In this document: positions 12,721 through 24,000 of the stretch, in pieces
How positions within the stretch are numbered: the first letter of the stretch is position 1
Layout: each line of letters starts with the position of its first letter
DNA from: Harriotta raleighana
Taxonomy: Eukaryota
Assembly: GCA_050575255.1 (NCBI GenBank)
Contig: JBNZDD010013683.1
Coordinates: 124,001 to 188,000, forward strand
Direction of reading: 5' to 3'
Length of the DNA: 64,000 bases
Made by a program: the position numbers and the translations under genes
Notes under the pieces: model-generated
What the model was told of the DNA's origin: nothing
What the model saw: the letters and a program-made list of their open reading frames with translations, nothing else
Databases searched by the model: none

Positions 12721-14376
12721 ATGTTTTACAAAAATTGAAACGGTGAATTTTGTTCACTTCTTTAATTTTACACCACTTCACTTGTAGCTTGAAGCTACTT
12801 TATGTTATTCTCCCCGGTTCTGCACTCTCCCAGAATAGCTATTGGAATGCACTGTTTGCAACTGAGTTCATGCACTGGTTGTTTTCCAGAAAATACTGGA
12901 TCAGGATTGCTGTCATCTGCAGCTCAACAACTGTTTGATTTGCAGTACTTGTTAGTTAGATTTGCATTCTATGATTGAATAATGAAATGAATAAAATGGT
13001 TGTGTCCAAACAGCATTCACAAACAACACGAATCGCAAACTCATTATTTTCACAAATCTCGTGCAGAATAAAACATTCGGGCAATTCCTGACTGTAGGTA
13101 TGTTTACCGAACTTGGTGTACAAACTTATTTACTGTAGGTCGCTAAATTTACTGAGTCTGGTGGAGGGCTATAGGAGTCCCAAGTTTATAATGGGGGAAG
13201 ACTCCTATTAGCAAAATGGTACATTTCCTACCCAGTGAAGAATCACCTCCACAGGGAGCTGCTTTTCTTTAAAGAAAGTAATACAAAAATCTTGGAGCTT
13301 TGCTGGATCAGAAATCCTATATAACTAGGGCAAGGTGGGAATTAGTTGGGTGGTTTGAAGTTGTTGATTTGAATTTGACTTAATTAGTCATGAATGTAAT
13401 CTTCCATCAGTTCTACATCTATTTTCCAGGAACTACATGAGTGAACAGATTGGAGAATATTAAAATTATTTTACATGTGGTTTATTTTTACCTGTTTAAT
13501 ATGGATTTAACTTTAGTATTTAGTGCAGAGCTAGATGACAGGTTGATTTTCATACAACAACAAAATTACATTTATAGAGGGCCTTTCACGTTGGGAGGAC
13601 GTAAAAGGATTAAATTGAAAAAAGATGAAAGCAATGACTGGTGCAAAGAATACTTGCAGCTGTCTGAAACGATCTGTGTTGCTGTCTCAGTTAAGATGAG
13701 CCACAAACCAGTGATCAAATCTGCCACTAACTTTTTCTGCTGTTACACCAGAGGTACGCAAATCAAATCTTAATTTGATTTACTTAAGAATTGGAACTGG
13801 TTGATTGTGAACCAGGGTCCATTATCAAAGGTAGATACTGTGATGGACCCAGAGCCTTATGAAGAATAGTTTAAACTGAAACAAACACATTTCTATCAGT
13901 TTGTTTCTATTAAACCTCGACCCATCGGGTCAATGTCTACTGACTGAGTCAATCACTTGAATTCAGGAAATGATACTTCACTTGTCTAAATGAGACTGGA
14001 GCAAGAAGAAGGATCAATTCAATTCAAAAACTACTAAACACTTCAAAAATAACCACAAACATAACTCCCACCATGTTCTCAAGGAATAAAACTGGATGGT
14101 TGAAAAGCACATCCGTTAGATTGTTCCAAGGATAAATCGAGCAAATAATTGGACTTGGTGAAATTTAGTAATTTAAATGTCTTTATAAGGGAAAGAGCGG
14201 AAATTAGATTACTGGACCAGGAACTTACAGTGCCAAAATGAAACAATTCAGTATTTTACATGGCCTAGCCTGATTTCCTAATGCAGTCCTGGATTGCTGC
14301 CACTAAAAGCTCAGAAACAAATGTACAGTATTGTAGATAGATCCCCCTCTCGTGACAAAGTACATGTACTGCAACA

Positions 14377-14930
14377 CGGTAAAATCTCGATAATCCAGCA
14401 CGGTTGGGCCCACACACCTCCTGGATTTTGGAGTTTGCCAGTATTTTCTTTATTCCACACGCCTAATAATAATTCCCTCAAAAAAACAGCACAATAATAA
14501 AATTGGTCATTTCAATCCGCGACTGTTTGTGGGGCACTGCTGTGCACAATTGACTGCTGCATTTTGCCCACAAATATACAGTACAGTCGATTCACTTTCC
14601 GGTACATCCTGTGAAGCGATTTGAGACGTCTAGAAGACGTGAAAGTGCTATATCACATGCACGGATTATTATTTAGAAATTTACCATAGAAATGGCTGCG
14701 GAAGCTCTGCTGCATAATCCACCCGTGCTTTAAACACAGCAAACAATGCCCAAGTGCAACCAAAGCGGCGGATGACAGAGCAGCGATGCCAGGAACTGCA
14801 GGCGGCTGTTCCCAACTTTGGGAGGTTTGCTGACATTGGAAAGTTATCTCGTACCGTATGTATTTTGAAATCTTGCCAGTTTTAAGGAGTTGCTGGCTTT
14901 TGCAATGTCGGATTATCGAGGTTTTTACTG
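14377..14930. mobile_element. Older Tigger-like MITE with a nested SINE (~14460-14672)
   Basis: CGGTAAAATCTCGATAATCCAGCAC ... CGGATTATCGAGGTTTTTACTG termini related to the 2485-3171 element; internal SINE body and tail. Confidence 0.65.
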
Positions 14931-15353
14931 GGTATGAGTTTTACTTAAAAATTCGCAGGAACACAAAAGTGATGGGGTGGATGGCACAACAACTCACAGA
15001 TCAACTTGGGTTCCTGCTTCCAATTGCTAGCTCATGCCTCCAGCCCCAGCAAGAAAATAAATAATAATAATAATCCTTGCATTTGTAGCACCTTATCATG
15101 TCTTGAGACAACCCTTTAGCACTTTACAACGATATACTATAAAATAGAGGGGAAGGAAATGACCAGCATCTTTTGCAGTCTCATGTTGACATAAATATGA
15201 ACTGCTCTCGATTCCAACCCCCAATCCAAAATCCTTAACTATCCAGTGCTTTGAAGTGTCCTTCCTGCATGAAATCTAATTTGTTACATTATTGTTTGTC
15301 TTCCCGTCCTTCAGAAGAGATGTTAAACCGAGGGCCTGTTCAGGTGGATGTTA

Positions 15354-15418
15354 ACAACAACAACAACAAAATTACATTTATAGAGCGCGTTTCACATCAG
15401 GAGGATGTCCCAAGGCGT
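15354..15418 (-). mobile_element. Short LINE (L2-like) 3' tail fragment with (TTG)n end; recurrent family
   Basis: (AAC)n AAAATTACATTTATAGAGCGCGTTTCACATCAGGAGGATGTCCCAAGGCG; similar copies near 13555, 21380, 35309, 41239, 42600 and 54692. Confidence 0.65.
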
Positions 15419-15657
15419 TAAAGATTGCGTGGCACTATTTAAAAGAAAGAGAGTTCTGTTCCCTCCTTCCCGTTCCCTCCTTCCCTGTGTTTCGACCCCA
15501 CACCCCCACCCAAAATAAAATTGGGCCACTCGCTCCATGCCAGATTACTGACAGTGTTGAGTGCTATCTTTGCGGTTGCTTTGCAAGCGAGAGGACTTGG
15601 GTTTGATTCCTGGGATGGGCGAATCGTTGGCCAAGTGTCCTGACCCCGCACGCCTCC

Positions 15658-16158
15658 NNNNNNNNNNNNNNNNNNNNNNNNNNNNNNNNNNNNNNNNNNN
15701 NNNNNNNNNNNNNNNNNNNNNNNNNNNNNNNNNNNNNNNNNNNNNNNNNNNNNNNNNNNNNNNNNNNNNNNNNNNNNNNNNNNNNNNNNNNNNNNNNNNN
15801 NNNNNNNNNNNNNNNNNNNNNNNNNNNNNNNNNNNNNNNNNNNNNNNNNNNNNNNNNNNNNNNNNNNNNNNNNNNNNNNNNNNNNNNNNNNNNNNNNNNN
15901 NNNNNNNNNNNNNNNNNNNNNNNNNNNNNNNNNNNNNNNNNNNNNNNNNNNNNNNNNNNNNNNNNNNNNNNNNNNNNNNNNNNNNNNNNNNNNNNNNNNN
16001 NNNNNNNNNNNNNNNNNNNNNNNNNNNNNNNNNNNNNNNNNNNNNNNNNNNNNNNNNNNNNNNNNNNNNNNNNNNNNNNNNNNNNNNNNNNNNNNNNNNN
16101 NNNNNNNNNNNNNNNNNNNNNNNNNNNNNNNNNNNNNNNNNNNNNNNNNNNNNNNNNN
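15658..16158. other. Assembly gap
   Basis: Run of N. Confidence 1.
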
Positions 16159-18454
16159 GAGGTGTGTGTGTGAGTGTGTGTGTGTGAGTGAGTGAGTGTG
16201 AGTAAGTGAGTGAGTGAGTTGCCTGGGTTTGGCAGAGAGAAGAATTTCAATCCACGACTGTTTGTGGGCTCTCTGCTGTACCGCAATTGGCTGCCACGTT
16301 TCGCCCTCAACGGTACGGTCAATTCGCTTTACAGTACATTCTGTGAAGCGCTTTGAGACGTCTAGAAGATGTGAAAAGCCGCTATGTCAAATGCCAGAAT
16401 GATTATTATTATTTGTTATAAATAGGGTAAGATAATGGGGGGAACCCACCCTCACAAGGGTCTGTACTCTAGTGCAGCGGTTCTCAACCAGGGGTCCAGG
16501 GGACCCCAGGGGACACAAAATTACTTCCAGGGGGTACAGTTGGCGGTACATTAATTTATTTAACTCACTTATTTGGTGTTTTATAGCCTTCAAAATTGTA
16601 TATTTAATTGTTATTCCCCTCGTTTTGTATGTGCTAGTTATTTTGTTATGTAAGAAAAGCTTGGTCATAAAATGCAAGTGGAATGAACCGGTGGTGTGTG
16701 TGTGTGTGGATGTGTGTTTGTATGTTGTATGTGGTTGGCAAATGTTGAAAACTAACAAAGAGGTACATCACTGAAAAAGGTTGAGAACCGCTGATCTAGT
16801 TGAAAGAAACCCATAGCCAAATGCTTTTACTGTGAGAGATAGAGAGAGAGCGAAAGGGGGTGGGGGTAATTAATGAGGAATAAAAAGGATGGTTTCAAAT
16901 AATAATCATTGCGTTTGGTCCAATGTGAAAAACATTTCCAAGCACTTGTCGAAGTGTCTGCAAATAGCAGTGATTGCGTATCGGTAGGTGAACATCAATG
17001 TCGGTTTCAGACCGTTGTTTAGGAAGCGTTGTGTAACACACTCTATTCGTTGATCATTTTGCTGCAGAACCTGTGGCGGTATTTTTGTCTGTGCTGCAAA
17101 AGTCACCATGTTCAGAAAGAAAATAGACAACCGTATCCGGGTCCTCATTGACAACGGCGTGGTGCAGAAGCAAAGGACCATGGTTGTCATTGTGGGAGAT
17201 CACGGCAGAGATCAGGTAAGGACAAGAACTGATTGTGCTGGCACAACATTACAGTGCTGGGAGAGATTAAAAGTGAGGTCCCTTCTGCCCGTTAACTGGA
17301 TGTTAAAGATCCCGTGGTACTATTGAAAAAGCAAAGGGTTTCTCCCAGTGTCCAGAGTCAACAATCTTCCAGATATAACTTGCCTTTTGTTTCATTGGTT
17401 GTATGTCGGACATTGCTGTGCGCAAATCGGCTGCACCATTCGTCTACAAATACACATTAGCGTAAAATCCTGTGAGCTCACTTTGTTACCTTCAAATATT
17501 GTTTGAAAAATGATTCAAATTCACTTTCCTGTGTTCTTTCACGTCTTGTGTTCATGCTTGAATCCAGTACATTGTTTTTAATGTTGTTGTTGTTAGTGGG
17601 ATGACCTCCCAATGTGAAAGGTGCTCTATAAATGTAATTTTGTTGTTGTGAATCTGGGCCAACAGCACTAAAAAGTCCATAACCTATTGCTAACATCAGA
17701 ACTTTTTGACTCTTGAGGCAAGAGCAGGTACCAACTGAGCCAGTCTGAGACCTTTGTATTGCAAAATCTTGGAATTTGTTCCAATACAATTTTATTGGTA
17801 CAATAATAAATGCCAATTGTGTGGATGTGGGAAGTAATAACAAACATACATTTTTCTCAAACATTCTTTAAGGCTGCTTATTGGAAGTCAGGGTGAAGTC
17901 AAAGGAAGAGAAGATTTACTTTGCGTGACTTTTGTTGTACCAAATAGTTGGTGTACAAATGTTCTTTTCTCTAGGCGAAGAAGAAAGTAAAATAACTTGT
18001 ATGAAGTAATTTGGTGTTTTCCTTTCCTGTTTCTGTAGGTGGTTATACTTCATCACATGCTGTCCAAAGCTGCAGTGAAGGCCAGGCCAACTGTGCTGTG
18101 GTGTTACAAGAAGGAGCTTGGCTTCAGCAGGTAATCAGTGAGGTGCTTCATAATGTCAGCACAAATAGGGGAAAACATATGTGGAGTGTTTTATGAATCT
18201 ATGATAATATACCAACTACTATATTGTTAATAAGCAGGAAGAGGAGGTAGCGTTATAAAACTTGCAATGCTCTAGTGGGTAGTTTGGAAAGTGGTGGGGA
18301 TCATAAACCTTGAATCTGATAGAGAAAAGAGAGGAGTGCTTGGGAAAGCATGGAAGTGGAAAAGACCATTGTGGCGAATCCTATTAGCCCCCTCAAAAAA
18401 CAGACATAATTGTACTTGATTGTATCTCTATTTCTTCACCAAATAGCCATCCAT
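16159..18454 (+). repeat. Near-identical duplicate of 19949-22244, including NAT10 exon 2 (CDS 17108-17215) and exon 3 (18039-18130); probable assembly or haplotype artefact
   Basis: Offset 3790; only isolated SNPs seen; bounded by a gap and a single n at 18455. The adjacent 15298-15657 is likewise repeated at 18456 (offset 3158). Confidence 0.85.
16475..16793. mobile_element. hAT (Charlie/MER5-like) MITE, in the duplicated block
   Basis: TIR CAGCGGTTCTCAACC / GGTTGAGAACCGCTG; 8-bp TSD-like CTCTAGTG / ATCTAGTT. Confidence 0.85.
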
Positions 18455-18737
18455 NGTCTTCCCGTCCTTCAGAAGAGATGTTAAACCGAGGGCCTGTTCA
18501 GGTGGATGTTAACAACAACAACAACAAAATTACATTTATAGAGCGCGTTTCACATCAGGAGGATGTCCCAAGGCGTTAAAGATTGCGTGGCACTATTTAA
18601 AAGAAAGAGAGTTCTGTTCCCTCCTTCCCGTTCCCTCCTTCCCCGTGTTTCGACCCCACACCCCCACCCAAAATAAAATTGGGCCACTCGCTCCATGCCA
18701 GATTACTGACAGTGTTGAGTGCTATCTTTGCGGTTGC

Positions 18738-18812
18738 TTTGCAAGCGAGAGGACTTGGGTTTGATTCCTGGGATGGGCGAATCGTTGGCCAAGTGTCCTG
18801 ACCCCGCACGCC

Positions 18813-18875
<63 letters not shown>

Positions 18876-19087
18876 NTTTGTCTAACAGTCGGAACCCCGT
18901 GGCTAGTCAATGGCGGATGGCTTTTCTGGGGATGGTGGTTCCTTGAAGGGCAATAAATTGGTCACTTCAACCCACGGCTGTTTGTGGGGACACAACCGGG
19001 CGCAAGCGGCTGCCGCGTTTTGCCCCCCAAATACGCAGTGAGGTCCATTCACTTCAATGACTAACCAAACGCAAGGATTATTATTAC
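18738..19087 (+). mobile_element. tRNA-derived SINE copy with an internal poly-C expansion
   Basis: Collinear with 7732-8105 (GAGAGGACTTGGGTTTGATTCC head; CAAGGATTATTATTA tail); about 60 C at 18814-18875. Confidence 0.75.
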
Positions 19088-19099
19088 GAGTTAATTTAT

Positions 19100-19470
19100 C
19101 ATTGGTACAGGTGCAGGTACTCGCCCACACTGCTGTGGAGCCCCTGCTCCCGTTGCCATGGCGACGGCGTCCCTGACGCTCGCCTCGCGTTGCGTCACTC
19201 ACGGGGCGACGGCTGCCTCGCCAGGACCCCCGAACAGCTGCCCTGGCCGAACGCCTGATTGTCACGACTGTTTAAGGCCCTTGACTTCCTACCCGACCCG
19301 CAGCGGTCTTGACATCTCCAGAGGGAAAGGAAGCGGCAAGAGGAGGCCCGGCCGGGAACTCGCTGCGGTTGGCGCTCCGGCGGATTTGGAAAGCGACGTG
19401 AGTGATCAGGCAAGTGGCGAGGAACGTCCACGTGAGGGTCCTAGAGTGCGAGGCTCCATGTGCGATAGAG
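19100..19470 (+). promoter_or_regulatory. NAT10: NAT10 CpG-island promoter and non-coding exon 1 (donor GAC|gtgagt at 19397/19398)
   Basis: Highest CpG density in the window; X-box-like GTTGCCATGGCGAC at 19152-19165; TGACG half-sites at 19174 and 19193; E-box CACGTG at 19429-19434; next acceptor at 20857/20858, upstream of ATG 20898. Confidence 0.75.
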
Positions 19471-19499
19471 AGGGTGAGTGTGGAAGGAGGAGGGCGGGA

Positions 19500-19800
19500 G
19501 AAAGGGAAGGGGTGAGAAAGAGGGGTGGGGGGGGGGTGAGAAAGAGGGGTGGGGGGGGTGAGAAAGAGGGGTGGGGGGGTGAGAAAGAGGGGTGAGAAAG
19601 AGGGGTAGGGGGGGTGAGAAAGAGGGGTGAGAAAGAGGGGTGGGGGGGTGAGAAAGAGGGGTGAGAAAGAGGGGTAGGGGGTGAGAAAGTGGGGTGGGGG
19701 GTGTGAGAAAGAGGGGTAGGGGGGTGTGAGAAAGAGGGGTGGGGGGGGTGTGAGAAAGAGGGGTGGGGGGGTGAGAAACAGAGTGGGGGAGAAAGGGAGT
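19500..19800 (+). repeat. G-rich minisatellite (GGGGTGAGAAAGAGGGGT...)n
   Basis: About 14 imperfect tandem units containing GTGAGAAAGAGGGG. Confidence 0.9.
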
Positions 19801-19887
19801 GGGGGTTAGAGAGGAAGAGAAGGGATGATAGGGAGAGAAGGTGAGGGAGAGGGTGTGTGATTATGGCTCAGCTTCCACAGGGGATGA

Positions 19888-20008
19888 GAGTGAGTGTGTG
19901 TGTGTGTGTGAGAGTGGTGTGTGTGTGTGTGAATGAATGTGTGTGAGTGAGGTGTGTGTGTGAGTGTGTGTGTGTGAGTGAGTGAGTGTGAGTAAGTGAG
20001 TGAGTGAG
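19888..20008. repeat. (GT)n/(GAGT)n microsatellite
   Basis: Directly visible in the sequence. Confidence 0.85.
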
Positions 20009-20264
20009 TTGCCTGGGTTTGGCAGAGAGAAGAATTTCAATCCACGACTGTTTGTGGGCTCTCTGCTGTACCGCAATTGGCTGCCACGTTTCGCCCTCAA
20101 CGGTACGGTCAATTCGCTTTACAGTACATTCTGTGAAGCGCTTTGAGACGTCTAGAAGATGTGAAAAGCCGCTATGTCAAATGCCAGAATGATTATTATT
20201 ATTTGTTATAAATAGGGTAAGATAATGGGGGGAACCCACCCTCACAAGGGTCTGTACTCTAGTG

Positions 20265-20583
20265 CAGCGGTTCTCAACCAGGGGTCCAGGGGACCCCAGG
20301 GGACACAAAATTACTTCCAGGGGGTACAGTTGGCGGTACATTAATTTATTTAACTCACTTATTTGGTGTTTTATAACCTTCAAAATTGTATATTTAATTG
20401 TTATTCCCCTCGTTTTGTATGTGCTAGTTATTTTGTTATGTAAGAAAAGCTTGGTCATAAAATGCAAGTGGAATGAACCGGTGGTGTGTGTGTGTGTGGA
20501 TGTGTGTTTGTATGTTGTATGTGGTTGGCAAATGTTGAAAACTAACAAAGAGGTACATCACTGAAAAAGGTTGAGAACCGCTG
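20265..20583. mobile_element. hAT (Charlie/MER5-like) MITE in NAT10 intron 1
   Basis: 15-bp perfect TIRs CAGCGGTTCTCAACC; NTCTAGNN target site. Confidence 0.85.
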
Positions 20584-20897
20584 ATCTAGTTGAAAGAAAC
20601 CCATAGCCAAATGCTTTTACTGTGAGAGATAGAGAGAGAGCGAAAGGGGGTGGGGGTAATTAATGAGGAATAAAAAGGATGGTTTCAAATAATAATCATT
20701 GCGTTTGGTCCAATGTGAAAAACATTTCCAAGCACTTGTCGAAGTGTCTGCAAATAGCAGTGATTGCGTATCGGTAGGTGAACATCAATGTCGGTTTCAG
20801 ACCGTTGTTTAGGAAGCGTTGTGTAACACACTCTATTCGTTGATCATTTTGCTGCAGAACCTGTGGCGGTATTTTTGTCTGTGCTGCAAAAGTCACC

Positions 20898-21005
20898 ATG
20901 TTCAGAAAGAAAATAGACAACCGTATCCGGGTCCTCATTGACAACGGCGTGGTGCAGAAGCAAAGGACCATGGTTGTCATTGTGGGAGATCACGGCAGAG
21001 ATCAG
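20898..21005 (+). CDS. NAT10: NAT10 exon 2 (start codon)
   Basis: Kozak GTCACCATG; [36 protein letters not shown]|gtaagg. Confidence 0.95.
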
Positions 21006-24000
21006 GTAAGGACAAGAACTGATTGTGCTGGCACAACATTACAGTGCTGGGAGAGATTAAAAGTGAGGTCCCTTCTGCCCGTTAACTGGATGTTAAAGAT
21101 CCCGTGGTACTATTGAAAAAGCAAAGGGTTTCTCCCAGTGTCCAGAGTCAACAATCTTCCAGATATAACTTGCCTTTTGTTTCATTGGTTGTATGTCGGA
21201 CATTGCTGTGCGCAAATCGGCTGCACCATTCGTCTACAAATACACATTAGCGTAAAATCCTGTGAGCTCACTTTGTTACCTTCAAATATTGTTTGAAAAA
21301 TGATTCAAATTCACTTTCCTGTGTTCTTTCACGTCTTGTGTTCATGCTTGAATCCAGTACATTGTTTTTAATGTTGTTGTTGTTAGTGGGATGACCTCCC
21401 AATGTGAAAGGTGCTCTATAAATGTAATTTTGTTGTTGTGAATCTGGGCCAACAGCACTAAAAAGTCCATAACCTATTGCTAACATCAGAACTTTTTGAC
21501 TCTTGAGGCAAGAGCAGGTACCAACTGAGCCAGTCTGAGACCTTTGTATTGCAAAATCTTGGAATTTGTTCCAATACAATTTTATTGGTACAATAATAAA
21601 TGACAATTGTGTGGATGTGGGAAGTAATAACAAACATACATTTTTCTCAAACATTCTTTAAGGCTGCTTATTGGAAGTCAGGGTGAAGTCAAAGGAAGAG
21701 AAGATTTACTTTGCGTGACTTTTGTTGTACCAAATAGTTGGTGTACAAATGTTCTTTTCTCTAGGCGAAGAAGAAAGTAAAATAACTTGTATGAAGTAAT
21801 TTGGTGTTTTCCTTTCCTGTTTCTGTAGGTGGTTATACTTCATCACATGCTGTCCAAAGCTGCAGTGAAGGCCAGGCCAACTGTGCTGTGGTGTTACAAG
21901 AAGGAGCTTGGCTTCAGCAGGTAATCAGTGAGGTGCTTCATAATGTCAGCACAAATAGGGGAAAACATATGTGGAGTGTTTTATGAATCTATGATAATAT
22001 ACCAACTACTATATTGTTAATAAGCAGGAAGAGGAGGTAGCGTTATAAAACTTGCAATGCTCTAGTGGGTAGTTTGGAAAGTGGTGGGGATCATAAACCT
22101 TGAATCTGATAGAGAAAAGAGAGGAGTGCTTGGGAAAGCATGGAAGTGGAAAAGACCATTGTGGCGAATCCTATTAGCCCCCTCAAAAAACAGACATAAT
22201 TGTACTTGATTGTATCTCTATTTCTTCACCAAATAGCCATCCATTTCCTCCTTGAATTTGTTGATACAATCTGAATCTTTGCGTGATACACAATTCACTC
22301 TTGGATAGTTCATATATTGAGCGATGCCTGTGTAATGGAGTGTAGTTTAAGTGAGAAGCAGATGAGAAAGAACAGGAGAAATGCTACGTTGATAACACTT
22401 ATATTTGTGAACATTCCAATATAATTTGGCTGATAGAAAAGTTACTGAATGTAGCACAAGAATGAAGGCAGCCGTTCTAGAAATGGCATGTATCTGTTTC
22501 TCTTACAGTCACAGGAAGAAGCGAATGAGGCAGTTGCAGAAGAAGATTAAAAGTGGCACGCTTGATCTGAAGCAAGATGATCCCTTTGAGCTGTTTGTCG
22601 CTGCAACTACCATTCGATATTGCTATTACAATGAAACACACAAAATCCTGGGCAACACATTCGGGATGTGTGTCTTGCAGGTGAGATTATAGCAGTTACT
22701 GTTTTCATTGTGCTTCAAATTCTTTCACTCGTTTAAAAATGTAGACATAAAGAATGTAGTCATAAAGAACTGTGACAAAATATCAATGTAGTTGATTGAA
22801 TGTAACAATGAAAATATTGCTCCTAAGTTAAATAGCCTGATGCTGTCCCCCTCTTGGTTAGTGTTTAAAGAATAGCCCCTAAGCTGGGGCACCATATGCA
22901 TCTGTTGTACTGTACCTGAACATTTCAATATTAGCAAATGTGGTGGGTGGAGGGAAAGATGGTTACCCTTTGGGTTATTGGCAATATTGATGTCTCTAAT
23001 GCCTGCTGTGGAGGTTGGAAGTGATACAAAGTCTGATTTTAGTTTGTGCTGCATTTCTAGAATGAATTATCAATTAGTTTGAATTCTTAGGTTACAGCAT
23101 CTAATTCTTTGGCTTCAACCATTGAATGTAATGGATTTCTAGTAGATCAGCAGCAATCATTTCTCCAGTTTTAAACTGTCGTACAACAAAATAATTTTAT
23201 CAAGTATTATTCATTTACAATGTGTATAAAGTAGCCTGTAAACGTATTTACCTGTGTTTCATTCAATCCTCTTTATCTTCTAGGATTTTGAGGCTCTTAC
23301 ACCAAATCTCTTGGCCCGAACTGTTGAGACAGTCGAAGGAGGTGGAATTATTGTAATTCTACTGAGAACAGTAAACTCATTGAAACAGCTCTACACAATG
23401 ACAATGGTACGTGTTGGTTTATTGGAGGTTATTCATTTTCGTTCAAAACACTCTCCACCCCTACCATTGGAGGGCAAGCTTTTATTCACTTGGTACATGG
23501 TGGCAAGCAGTGCTCAAGTTTCTTGCCTCACCAAAATCCCAACAGTCTTTAGTGTATATATACATTTTTTTTAATGATTTATTTTCTCTTTAACTCCTTT
23601 TCTAGGATGTACATGCCCGCTATAGAACAGAGGCACATCAGGATGTTGTTGGGCGTTTCAATGAAAGGTAGGAGTTCTGCCTTCTCAACATGGAATGTAC
23701 ATAAAAAGCACAAAGCTGGTATGAATAAAGATTTTATTTTCTTATCTCTTTCCAGGTTTATCCTCTCTTTGTCATCCTGTAAGAACTGTATTGTTATAAA
23801 TGATCTCCTGGATATTCTACCACTTTCCAGCCACATTCTCAACATCCAGTCTGTGCCTCCTAAATCCATGGTGAGTTCTGGAGTTTGCACATCCAGGTTG
23901 GATGTGGGGAAGGTGAGGGGGAAGGTGACTAGAAGAGCAACCTCAAGATGGGGAAGAAAGGGTGGGGAGGCAACAGGGTTGGGGGAGGGAGTTCCAAAGT

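Noticed and set aside
15561-16322. 208-aa and 252-aa ORFs
   Set aside because: Artefacts of translation through the N gap
17108-18130. Second NAT10 start (exons 2-3) as a paralogue or pseudogene
   Set aside because: Introns are near-identical to the main copy and the block is bounded by Ns; most likely a haplotype duplicate
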